A stretch of 64,000 bases of DNA. Origin: a virus (taxonomy: Duplodnaviria; Heunggongvirae; Uroviricota; Caudoviricetes). The notes under the pieces are model-generated. The model had not been told where the DNA came from. It ran no database searches and worked only from the letters and a program-made list of their open reading frames with translations. A program made the position numbers and the translations under genes. This document shows positions 27,698 to 38,147 of the stretch, in pieces. Within the stretch, counting starts at the first letter, position 1, and the number at the start of each line of letters is the position of its first letter. The stretch is taken from positions 1-64,000 of IMG/VR virus record IMGVR_UViG_3300035522_000061; one strand, given 5' to 3'.

Positions 27698-28233
27698 ATA
27701 CATCGTGTAAAGCAACTTTTAAAAGTGGGACTAGTAAAGAATATTCTTCTATTGAAGAAGCTAGTTTAGAAACAGGTATTAGTATAGCATCTATTAAAAT
27801 ACGGTGTAATAAACCTGGAACTGGAGGAAAGGATAAAACTGTATTTGAATGGTTAGATCCAAAAACTGCAGCGCATTATAGAGCTAAAAAATCTAAATCT
27901 AAAGGAAAAGATTTAGAATATGAGATCGTAGAACGATTAAAATCTATAGGATATTCTGGAGTTTGTAGATCAGCAGGCGAAAGTAAGGCTTTAGATAATA
28001 ATAAAGTGGATATTGCAGATACTAACAATGAATTAGAAGTAGCAATTCAAGCTAAACACTATGCTAATTTTCCTAATTATTTTAATATTCGTTCTAGCTG
28101 TACTGATCCTAGAGAATTAGTAATGATATGGAAGAAAAGTGCTGAAGCTGGTTCTATAAGTAAAGGCACACTAGCTGTAATGGACGTTGATTTATTTTAC
28201 AAATTATTAGAGACTTATCATAAAAACAAATGA
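27694..28233 (+). CDS. hypothetical protein
   Basis: 179-aa ORF. Confidence 0.4.
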   Translation: MNTSCKATFKSGTSKEYSSIEEASLETGISIASIKIRCNKPGTGGKDKTVFEWLDPKTAAHYRAKKSKSKGKDLEYEIVERLKSIGYSGVCRSAGESKALDNNKVDIADTNNELEVAIQAKHYANFPNYFNIRSSCTDPRELVMIWKKSAEAGSISKGTLAVMDVDLFYKLLETYHKNK

Positions 28234-28445
28234 ATAAATATATAATTCCTATTTGTGATCTTGAAGAAGTATGGATTCTTACTATAATGGCACGCTCTAC
28301 ATCTGCTTGTCAAGATAAAATTATAGAAAATTTAACAGACAGGTATGATATAGAAGAATGTAATAATTATAGAGAATTTGTACAAGTTGCAGATTCTAAA
28401 TATAATATCCTTATAGGAGATATAAAAGATATAGAAGAACTATGA
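28230..28445 (+). CDS. hypothetical protein
   Basis: 71-aa ORF. Confidence 0.35.
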   Translation: MNKYIIPICDLEEVWILTIMARSTSACQDKIIENLTDRYDIEECNNYREFVQVADSKYNILIGDIKDIEEL

Positions 28446-28963
28446 ATTTAAAAGTATCTATGGATCTTGATGGCTGTCTATGTGACTTTTATGGTGCCTA
28501 TTTCTCTAGGTTCGGAAAAGCATCTAAAGACTCCGCAATAACAAAAAACGTTACAACAATACTAATTAAAGATAAAGAGTTCTGGATGAATCTTCCAGTA
28601 CTAAATACATTAAATTGGATTCCAAGACAATATACTACTGCTCGAATTATACATAAGAGTTGGACTAGAGAGTATTTGGATAACAAACAATTTCCTAAAG
28701 CACCAATCTATCAGGTTTATGGATATGGTTTAAGTAAATATGCTAAAATTAAAATGGGGGGCTGTCATCTGCATATAGATGATAGCCTTTCTGTATTTAA
28801 AGACTTAAATTCAAAAGGAATTCCATGTTTATTGCTAGATAGTCCTACTAATCAAAATTGGGGGCCTATAGGTAGAATTTATTCATTGGATGCTGATGAA
28901 ATAGAAGATTCATATTGGTTATTTAAACAAACTTTATTTCCCTATTTTAAAGAACTTCTATGA
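28442..28963 (+). CDS. HAD-superfamily 5'(3')-deoxyribonucleotidase-like protein (NT5C family)
   Basis: N-terminal VSMDLDGCLCDF matches the NT5C DMDGVLADF motif. Confidence 0.4.
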   Translation: MNLKVSMDLDGCLCDFYGAYFSRFGKASKDSAITKNVTTILIKDKEFWMNLPVLNTLNWIPRQYTTARIIHKSWTREYLDNKQFPKAPIYQVYGYGLSKYAKIKMGGCHLHIDDSLSVFKDLNSKGIPCLLLDSPTNQNWGPIGRIYSLDADEIEDSYWLFKQTLFPYFKELL

Positions 28964-29979
28964 AAATAACTCCATTATTAGATACTTTAAGACTAGAGAA
29001 AATTAGTGATGCAGAATACTTTTCTGAAAAGTATAGTAATTATATTAGTAATTCTAGATTAGGATTAATAAATCCAGAACAAGATGGTTCTGTTGAAAAG
29101 TTCTTTGAAGGATTTAAACCTATGTATAGTGCAGCATTCGATTTAGGTAGTGGGGTGCATGAACTTACATTACAAGAAAATCTCTTTGAAGTATGCTGGG
29201 ATGCAGATAAACCTACAGCTAAAATGGGAGCATTAGCAGATAGATTATATCCGATTTTTAAAGATGGAAATCTTACAGATCAAGATATACTAGAACAAGC
29301 TACTATTATAGATTATTATGGAGGACAACTATCTGAGTCTGGAATACAAAAAGTAAAAGATAAATGTGAACAATATTGGAAAGATCGACAACAATGTGAA
29401 TCTCAATATAAAGGTACTAAGGAATTATTATTTTTTGATCCTAGAAGTAGAAGTATTGTAAAGGATTGTGTAGATGCATTGGCTAAGAATATGCGAATAC
29501 AACAATTACTTCATCCTACAGGATTGTTAACGACTCCAGTATCTGAAACAGAACAAGCAATTCTATTAGATGTTGAAATTGAAATAGAAAATTGCCCTAA
29601 ATTTAAATTGAGATTAAAGTCTAAATTAGATCACTATTCAATTGATTGTGAATCTAATATCATTACTGTGAATGACGTAAAGACAATTGGTAAAGTAGTT
29701 TCTGAAATGGGAAATAATATATCTAAATTCCATTATAATAGAGAAATTGCTATGTATAGTTGGCTTTTAAGTTTATGTGCTAAAAAATTCTATAATCTAG
29801 ATAATCCTACTATAAAAGGAAATTATTTAGTAGTTTCTACTCTTCCTAAAAATTATACTAAAGTAGTTCCTATGACCAAGCAAATGTATAAAGAAGGATG
29901 GTCGGAATTTGTAAAATTACTAAAATTAGTAGCACAAACAGTGTCCGAAACACATCATGATTTTGGAATATGGATATAA
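28960..29979 (+). CDS. hypothetical protein (possible PD-(D/E)xK nuclease)
   Basis: 339 aa. A D...D/E-x-K-like arrangement (DHYSID...NDVKT) is weak evidence only. Confidence 0.25.
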   Translation: MKITPLLDTLRLEKISDAEYFSEKYSNYISNSRLGLINPEQDGSVEKFFEGFKPMYSAAFDLGSGVHELTLQENLFEVCWDADKPTAKMGALADRLYPIFKDGNLTDQDILEQATIIDYYGGQLSESGIQKVKDKCEQYWKDRQQCESQYKGTKELLFFDPRSRSIVKDCVDALAKNMRIQQLLHPTGLLTTPVSETEQAILLDVEIEIENCPKFKLRLKSKLDHYSIDCESNIITVNDVKTIGKVVSEMGNNISKFHYNREIAMYSWLLSLCAKKFYNLDNPTIKGNYLVVSTLPKNYTKVVPMTKQMYKEGWSEFVKLLKLVAQTVSETHHDFGIWI

Positions 29980-30311
29980 TAACCACACCTCCGTATGAAA
30001 CAATGCAAAGACTTTATAATACATATTTTTCTCTTAAATATTTAGGAAAAGATATTAATAGTAAATTTGCATTAATAAGTCTAGTTTGTTATATTACTGA
30101 AAAATTAAAAGAAAAGAAACCTGATTGGACACATTGGAAAACTTTATATAGTATAAATAAAGGATCTGTTCCAGAAGATTTTTTAAAAGGTTTGGCAGTA
30201 ATATGTTCTGATTTCGCATATGGATGCACTTCATTTCCAACTTTTGGAATAGAGGATAAGAAAATTCCAGCTAAAATAAAAGAGTTATTGGATTCTTATC
30301 TTCCATTTTAA
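29970..30311 (+). CDS. hypothetical protein
   Basis: 113-aa ORF. Confidence 0.4.
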   Translation: MDIITTPPYETMQRLYNTYFSLKYLGKDINSKFALISLVCYITEKLKEKKPDWTHWKTLYSINKGSVPEDFLKGLAVICSDFAYGCTSFPTFGIEDKKIPAKIKELLDSYLPF

Positions 30312-30580
30312 AGTCTATGTTACATAGGCTTTACAGTTCGTATAGATACAATCTATTAACACCTTTTAACAATTAAAATATTGATTTTATTTTTGAGTAT
30401 TTGATAATAATATTATATTTGCAAGTACTCCGATTGCTTAGAGGGGTAGAGATAAAAATGAGAAATTTTAGATTATTTTACAATTTATTCTTTTGATAAT
30501 TCGATAAAAAGTAGTAAATTTGTATATAGTTAGAATGGAGATGATAATACGAACTAATGTTTAAAAATATTTATTGAATT

Positions 30581-31138
30581 ATGGACAAAATTTTGAATTT
30601 TAAGAAGCTTGAAGTAAATGGTGCAACAAAGGAAGAGGCATTGGCAAAGGCACCTTTTGATATTATGGGTAATGCAACTCCGGCATATAAGCTATGGCGT
30701 AAGAAGCAAGTAAACGGTATTACTGAGTCTGATAAGAAGCAGTTTATGCTTGATTATCTTGCAAATAAGTCTAAGAATTGTGCTAATGTTGGTTTTTATA
30801 TTGTAGTAGAGTCAGCTGTAGCTGACACTCGTGAGCGTCCTTATCGTATTAATGATGTAAAGAATGAGAAGGGTACTCGTCATTATAAGACTGTTTATCA
30901 AATTAAGGATGCAGCTACTGGTGCTGTTCTCGCTGAAACTAATGAAACCAAGGCTAAGGCTAAGGAACTTGCTAAAGCTCTTTATACAAATGCAGAGAAT
31001 CCGTATAAGGGTAATTTGGTTTGTACTTATACTAAGCAGGTTGTTGACGGTGAACCTACTGCATTTACAGTAGATTATACTCCTTCAAAGAGTTCACAAA
31101 TGGGCACATACATTGTATTTGGTATTGAAAGAGACTAA
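30581..31138 (+). CDS. hypothetical protein with long AT-rich leader
   Basis: 185 aa. Preceded by a ~270-nt non-coding leader containing TATATTTG, a Bacteroidetes -7-like motif. Confidence 0.45.
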   Translation: MDKILNFKKLEVNGATKEEALAKAPFDIMGNATPAYKLWRKKQVNGITESDKKQFMLDYLANKSKNCANVGFYIVVESAVADTRERPYRINDVKNEKGTRHYKTVYQIKDAATGAVLAETNETKAKAKELAKALYTNAENPYKGNLVCTYTKQVVDGEPTAFTVDYTPSKSSQMGTYIVFGIERD

Positions 31139-31180
31139 TTTAAAATAAAATTAGTGATTTAATTTAAAATTGATAATTGC

Positions 31181-32485
31181 TTGACAGGGTGGTATCTTCG
31201 GGTATCACCCTATTTTTGTATATATATGAAACAAACAACATTAAAGAAATATCTGGGTATTTTAAAGAGTGTAAAGAAAAGTGGTAAAACTCTAAAACAA
31301 TATTGTGATGCACATTCTGATATGTCTTATAAATCAATAGTGCAAACAATATCTAAAATTAGAGAATTACATGAAGAAGAATCTAAAATAGTTTCAGATA
31401 TTTTGACACTTTATAGTCAGGTGACTAAACAAACACAGACAATTACTAATTGTGAAATTGAAACAGATGCAGTAGCTGAGACATCTTGTGATAGAGATGA
31501 GAATGGACATATTCAGAATTATAGGTATCAAATATTTAGAAAAAACAAAACTCCATTGTGTGGAAGATTGTCCAGAGAAGAAATGGATACTATTTATAGA
31601 TTGTATTCATATTATGGAGATTCTTTAACTCAAAGAGTTATTTCTAGATATTTTGTAGAATTATCTCTAATAGACTTTAAGAGAATTCTTCGTGCATTTA
31701 ATATTACTAAAGCTTCCTCTCCTTTCGCTCCCCATATGTTTGAAGAAAAATCCGAGGAGGAGCTAAGAGAAATACAGCTTCGTGAAAAGGAAAACAGTTT
31801 CCTTAGAAAAGCTGAAGAAGACAATATTAGAAATACGGAGAAACTTCTTAAAAAGTATGCTCAAGAAAATATAGAACTGAAAAAGAAAATAGAAAAATAT
31901 ACAGAATTTTCAATTTCAATTCCTAAAGATTTAGAGCCTTTACATTTTACAGAGAGTTCTCCCTCTACGGGATTGAACTTAAATTTATATTTATCTGATA
32001 TTCATCTAGGTGCTAAAATAAATAGTGGAGCATTGTATCAAGAAAATATAAATTATGGGTATAATGAAGCTAAACGTCGTCTAGTTACTATCTTGCATAA
32101 ATTAGAATGTTTTGAATCATTATTTGATACCATAAATGTAGTACTTTTAGGAGATAATGTTGATTGTCCTGGATTCTTTGGCAAAACTGCCAGATTAGAT
32201 CACGATATGCCAGAAAATATGGATCCTCGTGAGCAAGCTAATAGTTTTATTAAACTTATTATGTGGTTTGTGGAATCTTTGTATGTTTCCAAAATAGGTT
32301 CTAATATAAATATATATTCAGTTCCATGCGGAAATCATGGAGGAAATTTTGAGTATATGTGCAATAAGGCATTAATGGCAAGTATAAATGCTAAATTTCC
32401 AGATGCTAAAACTACTATGTGGGAAGAATTCTACGGAGTATTTAAACAAAGTGGTCATACCTTTGTCTGTGCCCATGGTAATTAA
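31181..32485 (+). CDS. calcineurin-like metallophosphoesterase (Mre11/SbcD-like), exon 1
   Basis: Motifs LSDIHLG, LLGDNVD and CGNHG. The ORF ends in VCAHGN exactly at the last phosphoesterase motif and is followed by a LAGLIDADG ORF. Confidence 0.5.
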   Translation: MTGWYLRVSPYFCIYMKQTTLKKYLGILKSVKKSGKTLKQYCDAHSDMSYKSIVQTISKIRELHEEESKIVSDILTLYSQVTKQTQTITNCEIETDAVAETSCDRDENGHIQNYRYQIFRKNKTPLCGRLSREEMDTIYRLYSYYGDSLTQRVISRYFVELSLIDFKRILRAFNITKASSPFAPHMFEEKSEEELREIQLREKENSFLRKAEEDNIRNTEKLLKKYAQENIELKKKIEKYTEFSISIPKDLEPLHFTESSPSTGLNLNLYLSDIHLGAKINSGALYQENINYGYNEAKRRLVTILHKLECFESLFDTINVVLLGDNVDCPGFFGKTARLDHDMPENMDPREQANSFIKLIMWFVESLYVSKIGSNINIYSVPCGNHGGNFEYMCNKALMASINAKFPDAKTTMWEEFYGVFKQSGHTFVCAHGN

Positions 32486-33837
32486 AATCTAAAAATTAAT
32501 TTTGTTTTATAAAACATATTTCGTATATTTATATGGAAATAGTAATTAATATATAGAAATATGAAATTTTATAAAAATTTAAATCTTGATGATCTTATTA
32601 ACTTACTTTTAAGAGGTGAAAAAACTCTTTCAGAAGTAACTAGAAATTATAAAGATACAGAACAAATAATTATAAATAGATTTAAGGAATTAGGATTTTA
32701 TAAAATAGAAAAAGGAAAGAATATAGTTTCCTGTGCTAAATATAAATATGCAGCTGATAAATATGTTGAATTGGGAGGTTTTCCTAATACAAATATTAAA
32801 GAATTAGCGTCAGAATTTAAAATTAGTGCTAATGAACTATCTGACTATATTTCTACTTATTATCCTGATATAAAAATTTTAGGAAAAGCGAATTTTAATG
32901 AATATATATTTGATTCAATTGATACTGAAGAAAAAGCGTATTGGCTAGGATTTTTATTTGCTGATGGAACTATTAGTTCTTCACCTTTAAGAAAAGAAGT
33001 TAAAACTCAATATCAAATTGAATTATCTTTATCTATCAAAGACTTGGAACATCTTGAAAAGTTTGCTAAATTTTTAGAATATAAGCAATCTTTATATAAA
33101 GATGAAATTAGGTGTAGATTAAGTGTATATTCTAAACATTTATGGAATATTTTAAATGTTAATGGCTGTACTCCTAAGAAATCATTAACTTTGAAATTTC
33201 CTAGAATTGAATTATTTAAATCTAAAGAATTGATATATCATTTTATTAGAGGATATTGGGATGGGGACGGCTGTTTAACTTGGAATGATAAAGAGCATAC
33301 TCGCCCAGAAGTTTCTGTCTTAGGAACAGATGAAATATTAAATTCTATTATTAAATTTATTTGTTCTAAAACACCTACTTTACATATTAATCACCCAGAA
33401 CAACAAAGTATTATTAAATATTTTAATTTAACTGGAAAGGACGCCTATGAAAGTATGTGCAAACTTTATAAAAATTCTACAATATATTTATCGAGAAAAT
33501 ATGAAAAATTTTTAGAATATTGCCGTCTATATGAGGAATCATATAGATAATTAGAAACCAAAATCGGGGAATACTGAGATGTTAATCCCGAGGTAATTAC
33601 AGAAATTAAAAAGTCTGTAACACCGTAACGCGTAGGACTTGAAACTTGTAAAAGAATAAAATAGTCCCAAGAGTGGTTTCCATCCCAACTGAAATAAGTG
33701 GATGAAAAGGTACGCTGAGCTATAGTGAATAGGAAACTATAGAAGTCAAGATAAAAAACTTGGCGATAACATAACTGAAAGACGACCAGTTCTGTAAAAA
33801 GGGACTTCCTCTCAACTTAGATGAAAAGTCTAAGGTA
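32486..33837 (+). mobile_element. putative group I intron carrying a LAGLIDADG homing endonuclease gene
   Basis: Homing endonuclease ORF flanked by non-coding sequence. The 290-nt stretch after the endonuclease gene is GC-richer and structured-looking. The downstream exon opens in frame without an ATG (the track start is TTG). Confidence 0.4.
32561..33550 (+). CDS. LAGLIDADG homing endonuclease
   Basis: Two LAGLIDADG motifs (LGFLFADGTI and RGYWDGDGCL). Confidence 0.7.
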   Translation: MKFYKNLNLDDLINLLLRGEKTLSEVTRNYKDTEQIIINRFKELGFYKIEKGKNIVSCAKYKYAADKYVELGGFPNTNIKELASEFKISANELSDYISTYYPDIKILGKANFNEYIFDSIDTEEKAYWLGFLFADGTISSSPLRKEVKTQYQIELSLSIKDLEHLEKFAKFLEYKQSLYKDEIRCRLSVYSKHLWNILNVNGCTPKKSLTLKFPRIELFKSKELIYHFIRGYWDGDGCLTWNDKEHTRPEVSVLGTDEILNSIIKFICSKTPTLHINHPEQQSIIKYFNLTGKDAYESMCKLYKNSTIYLSRKYEKFLEYCRLYEESYR

Positions 33838-34074
33838 TTGTTATATGAATGGCTAGATTCTAGAGGGATTACAGGTGATAATATTCATATTGTTAAAGGT
33901 GATTTGCATTCTAATAATATGAATTCTTGCAAGAAATTTACTTATCGTAATGTGTTAAGTTTATTTGGAGCATCTGATTATTCAAATTATAATTTCTCTA
34001 GAAATTCTTATGGACTTTCTTATGATTTGATAATTAATGATAATTTAATTAGTGGAACTTTTGAAAATATTTAA
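33838..34074 (+). CDS. metallophosphoesterase exon 2 (C-terminal segment)
   Basis: 78-aa ORF immediately after the intron-like element. It has a non-ATG start. Confidence 0.35.
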   Translation: MLYEWLDSRGITGDNIHIVKGDLHSNNMNSCKKFTYRNVLSLFGASDYSNYNFSRNSYGLSYDLIINDNLISGTFENI

Positions 34075-34076
34075 AA

Positions 34077-34553
34077 ATGGATAAAGAAGAATTAATTAGT
34101 AGATATTGCGAGGATTATGATAAGGTACTCAATTATGTTGATAGTTTATCTGATTTACAATTAGATTATATTTCAAATAAATGTTGGGGAGAAATTCCTG
34201 ATAATTTCGAAGATTTCACAAATTTTATAATTAGAGAAGTAAGTGGTGATGTATTATATTTTGCTTTTGAATATTTCTTTAAGGATAATAGTGGCCCTGT
34301 ATGGGATATTCTAGAAGAAAGAGGAGTTTTTTATGAATATCCTGGTCGAGATTTTGTAGAAGATTTGTATAAAGCTAACACTTATAAAGTATCACTTGAC
34401 TCCCTTATATCTTATATAAATGAGCTTCTTGAATATTATAAAGAAGATTTGGAGAAACTAGTAAAAGGTCCGATTTGTTCTTATTATTATACTAAATATC
34501 TATTAGCAGATCATCTTAATCAAACTAATGATTTTAAATTTATTGTAGAATGA
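34077..34553 (+). CDS. hypothetical protein
   Basis: 158-aa ORF. Confidence 0.4.
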   Translation: MDKEELISRYCEDYDKVLNYVDSLSDLQLDYISNKCWGEIPDNFEDFTNFIIREVSGDVLYFAFEYFFKDNSGPVWDILEERGVFYEYPGRDFVEDLYKANTYKVSLDSLISYINELLEYYKEDLEKLVKGPICSYYYTKYLLADHLNQTNDFKFIVE

Positions 34554-34990
34554 CTCATATTGAAGCTTTTGAAGACTTACTAAATTCATATTATCCTGAC
34601 TATAGAAATATTCAAAGATTTGTTAACAACTTATCTTCTGCAGAATTGAATTTAATTGAAAAGCATTTTGAATTTAGACAATTACCATATACTTATGATT
34701 TACGTAAATGGTTAATAGGATTAGTTGGGTGTGAATATTTGCCTATTATAATGGCTCAATTATATGATATAGATTCTTTTGAATTTACTAATTCTGATAT
34801 TTCGGAATATAATATTATAAGATATGATTATGAGCTTAATAGTTATATAGTACAACTAAATAATTTATTTTCTTATTTAAGTAATGTTAAACATATGGAA
34901 CAGCCTTCAGATATTATTGATAAATCTTACTTAACTAGGTTGTTAAATATAAGTACTCCTTTAAAATGGTTTGTTTATTATAATTATTAA
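34550..34990 (+). CDS. hypothetical protein
   Basis: 146-aa ORF. Confidence 0.4.
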   Translation: MTHIEAFEDLLNSYYPDYRNIQRFVNNLSSAELNLIEKHFEFRQLPYTYDLRKWLIGLVGCEYLPIIMAQLYDIDSFEFTNSDISEYNIIRYDYELNSYIVQLNNLFSYLSNVKHMEQPSDIIDKSYLTRLLNISTPLKWFVYYNY

Positions 34991-35114
34991 AATGCAGATA
35001 TTAAAAATATTTAGAAATACTTTACAAATAATGTTATTGGGAATAATCATAGGCATGATACTGTCTCTTCCTATTATGGCATTAATAATGAAAGTACCAA
35101 TTTGTACAATATAA

Positions 35115-36479
35115 ATGAAAAATATAATACTAGGAGAAGATCAAGAAAAAGCTTTTAATATGGTTAAAGACTTTGTTAATGATCATAAAGATATAGCTTG
35201 TTTATATTATGGTAGTGCTGGTACAGGTAAAAGTATATTAGTAAATTATATTATTAAGTGGTGTGAACAACAAGATATTGAATATACATTATGTGCGCCA
35301 ACGCATAAGGCAGCGTTGGTTATCTCTAGATACACAAATAGAGAAGCAATTACACTACATAAATTACTCGCGCTTTCTCCTAATCTTGACATTTTTATGT
35401 TGGATTTTCGCAATCTTATGTTTAAATGCGGCAATACTAATGGAAGTATGCCTTACAAGGGTGTTATAATTTGTGATGAATCTTCAATGATAAATGATGA
35501 TTTATATGAAGTTTTATTAACTAAAGCGCAAGAATTTAAATCTCAGATTATCTTTACGGGAGATTTTTGTCAACTTCAACCTGTAAAACAAGATTCTTTA
35601 ACTAAAATTATTCATACTAAACCTAGTATTGAATTACAAAAAATATATAGACAATCGGACAAGAGTGGACTTCTCGATGTATTACAGACTCTCAGAAAGC
35701 ATTCCATACTACGTTTCGATAATTCTATAGGTGAAGATGGAAGTCTTCTTGTAACGTCTAATATGTCTGAATTTTTAAAAGAAGCAAAAATTGAGATTGA
35801 GAAAGCTTTAAAGGAGTCAGATGTGCTAAAAACTAAAATTTTATGTTATACTAATGAAAGAGTGCAGGCGTATAATGCAGGCTTTCATAAGGCATTATTT
35901 GGAGAAGATTGTCAGTATCATAAAAATGAATTTCTTATAGGTTGTGAAAATCTAGAGTTTAATAATTTTAAGTTCTATAATTCTATGGATTATGTTATTA
36001 TAAATGAGCCAGAGAAAATAGACTTAGGCATTCCTAACTTTGGAATATTGCCAGCTATTAGATTAGAACTTTATGATTCTCTAACTAAAAGTAGTGGAAA
36101 TATTGCTATGTTGTCAAAAGATATTTCTAAAGATTATTTAGATATGTTAGCATACAAAATCGAGGAATTTAGGCAAAGTGCAATTTCAAGTAAACAAGCC
36201 GGGAATAAAGCTCAGGCAAATAAATATTGGAGAAGATATTTTGAAATGGTCGAAAGTTTTACTACTCCAATAGATTTATACGTTGACGGCCGATTGATTA
36301 GAAAGAAATCTTTTGACTATAGCTATGCTATAAGCACACATAAAGCTCAAGGTAGTACTTATGACAGTGTATTTGTCGATATTCGTAATATAAACAGTTG
36401 TAGAGATGAAGCGGTAAGAAGGCAACTCCAATATGTAGCTTTATCTAGAACTAAAAAGAATGTTCTAATTTATCAGTAG
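35115..36479 (+). CDS. SF1 helicase, Dda/RecD/Pif1-like
   Basis: Walker A YGSAGTGKS, Walker B ICDESSM, FTGDFCQLQPV and C-terminal STHKAQGSTYDSVFV. Confidence 0.7.
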   Translation: MKNIILGEDQEKAFNMVKDFVNDHKDIACLYYGSAGTGKSILVNYIIKWCEQQDIEYTLCAPTHKAALVISRYTNREAITLHKLLALSPNLDIFMLDFRNLMFKCGNTNGSMPYKGVIICDESSMINDDLYEVLLTKAQEFKSQIIFTGDFCQLQPVKQDSLTKIIHTKPSIELQKIYRQSDKSGLLDVLQTLRKHSILRFDNSIGEDGSLLVTSNMSEFLKEAKIEIEKALKESDVLKTKILCYTNERVQAYNAGFHKALFGEDCQYHKNEFLIGCENLEFNNFKFYNSMDYVIINEPEKIDLGIPNFGILPAIRLELYDSLTKSSGNIAMLSKDISKDYLDMLAYKIEEFRQSAISSKQAGNKAQANKYWRRYFEMVESFTTPIDLYVDGRLIRKKSFDYSYAISTHKAQGSTYDSVFVDIRNINSCRDEAVRRQLQYVALSRTKKNVLIYQ

Positions 36480-36684
36480 TTATGAATGATAAAAAACTTA
36501 TTAAATTTTGCAAATCTAGGGATATCCTGAATTTGTAGCTGATATTATAAAGTATTATAATATCGAAAACTACAAGCAAGCTGATATACATGTAGAAAAA
36601 AAAATAAATTTTCATCGCTGGAAAGTCATTATTAATTTAAAGACCTACATAGTCGTTGATGAAGTTGTTTGGGAAACAATATGG

Positions 36685-36873
36685 ATGGAAGGCATAGAGC
36701 AAATAAGAGAGCAAGCAGCAAAAGAAATTCCCGATAAATTCTTTGCTTATATAAATTGGGATGATTATTTGGCAGACAATAATCTACCCGATTTATCCGA
36801 TGTGTATGATTTTGACACAGATGATATTTCTGAAAGCTATAGAGGACGTTATTTTGTGAAACTCTTACCATAA
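36685..36873 (+). CDS. hypothetical acidic small protein (W/D/Y-rich family)
   Basis: 62 aa containing INWDDYLADNNLPD. Confidence 0.35.
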   Translation: MEGIEQIREQAAKEIPDKFFAYINWDDYLADNNLPDLSDVYDFDTDDISESYRGRYFVKLLP

Positions 36874-36884
36874 TCTTAAAAGAT

Positions 36885-37196
36885 ATGATACAGACAGTAG
36901 AAACTATTATTAAAAAGCTTACTAAGAATCCTACTAAATATTGGACAAGAGTTAGAAATGTAGCCTCGAATTCTAAATGCGTTGAATTTAATTATCCTAT
37001 TCATGTAAAAATAACTTTAGAAAGGATGCCGATAGATGATTTTATTTTAATTATTGAACCGGAGCACCTTCAATCTATGAATATGATTATTCTTAAAGAA
37101 GATGGTTTACGTATAAAACTCTTGATTAATGAATTAGAAGAAGCTTGTGTCCAAGGAACTAGAGAATATTTAACTAATATAATACTTAGCTTATGA
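36885..37196 (+). CDS. hypothetical protein
   Basis: 103-aa ORF. Confidence 0.4.
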   Translation: MIQTVETIIKKLTKNPTKYWTRVRNVASNSKCVEFNYPIHVKITLERMPIDDFILIIEPEHLQSMNMIILKEDGLRIKLLINELEEACVQGTREYLTNIILSL

Positions 37197-37621
37197 TTGG
37201 TGAACTTATTGATTTAGAAGCAGAAAAGAAGCATAATAAAGAAGTTCTTAATTGGTGCGATGAACACGGTTATAATAAATTTGTAGCTGCGTTAATTTTA
37301 GCTTATGATTTTGATTATACTAAAAATGATAATTTTAAAATTCTAAAATCAACTAAAAGTTTAGCGGAAATTAAATATGATAATCATATTTATAAAGTAT
37401 TTGATAATGATGAGCTTGATAATATGATAACTTCGTATCAAAGAGAAACTGAAAAGAATTGGCTGGTGCGAATTCCTGTAGAAATGCATTCTTATATTGA
37501 TTGGGATGATTATTGGGATACTCATTATCCAGATATTTATGAATTCTGTGCTGTTTATGTAGCAGTTGATGAGGATTTCTACGAAACTTTGTATATTAAA
37601 AATATTGATAATGATCGTTGA
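37193..37621 (+). CDS. hypothetical protein, paralog family A member
   Basis: VAALILAYDFD...IDWDDYWDTHYPD is similar to 37611..38042 and 39012..39437. Confidence 0.45.
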   Translation: MIGELIDLEAEKKHNKEVLNWCDEHGYNKFVAALILAYDFDYTKNDNFKILKSTKSLAEIKYDNHIYKVFDNDELDNMITSYQRETEKNWLVRIPVEMHSYIDWDDYWDTHYPDIYEFCAVYVAVDEDFYETLYIKNIDNDR

Positions 37622-38042
37622 TTGTATTGGAAGTAATGAAAAAGTCATTAAAGAATGGGTTTCAAAACATAATTTTCTAATGTCTGAAAAAATTATTGCA
37701 GTACTTTTATTTATTAGTGCTGATATTGAGGATCTTAATGCTTATGATATTTCAGAATCTTTATTAACAAATTTAATTACTGTTAAGGATCATTTCTTTA
37801 TTCGCAGTTATCGAGTACTAGATGAGCAAGAAGCTAAAAGTGCTGTTTATAATTATCAAAGTGAATTTGAAAATACTTGTACAGTACAAATCACTCCAGA
37901 TTTTCTTTCTAATTATATAACTGTAAATTGGGGAGATTTTTGGAAGGATGCGGATTTTGGACAATTAGAAGATGTTTTAGATGGGTTTTATAGAGTAATT
38001 GTTGATTGCCAGAATTATTATATACTTCCCCGTAATGGATAA
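37611..38042 (+). CDS. hypothetical protein, paralog family A member
   Basis: IIAVLLFISADIEDLNAY...VNWGDFW...LEDVLDGFYRVIVDCQNYYILP is similar to 39012..39437. Start trimmed to an internal Met to remove the overlap. Confidence 0.45.
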   Translation: MIVDCIGSNEKVIKEWVSKHNFLMSEKIIAVLLFISADIEDLNAYDISESLLTNLITVKDHFFIRSYRVLDEQEAKSAVYNYQSEFENTCTVQITPDFLSNYITVNWGDFWKDADFGQLEDVLDGFYRVIVDCQNYYILPRNG

Positions 38043-38147
38043 GAAAATTGATAATATAACTAATTCTATTTTATTAAAATGGTTAAAAGAAATCTTTTTA
38101 GAAATGGGTTTAAAAAGAGGCCCACGAATAAAATATTAAATTAAAAA

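Noticed and set aside
30864-31073. Nested + strand ORFs (30864..31073, 35263..35469, 44259..44492, 13668..13901)
   Set aside because: They lie fully inside or overlap longer, motif-supported genes in alternative frames. The translations are low-complexity.
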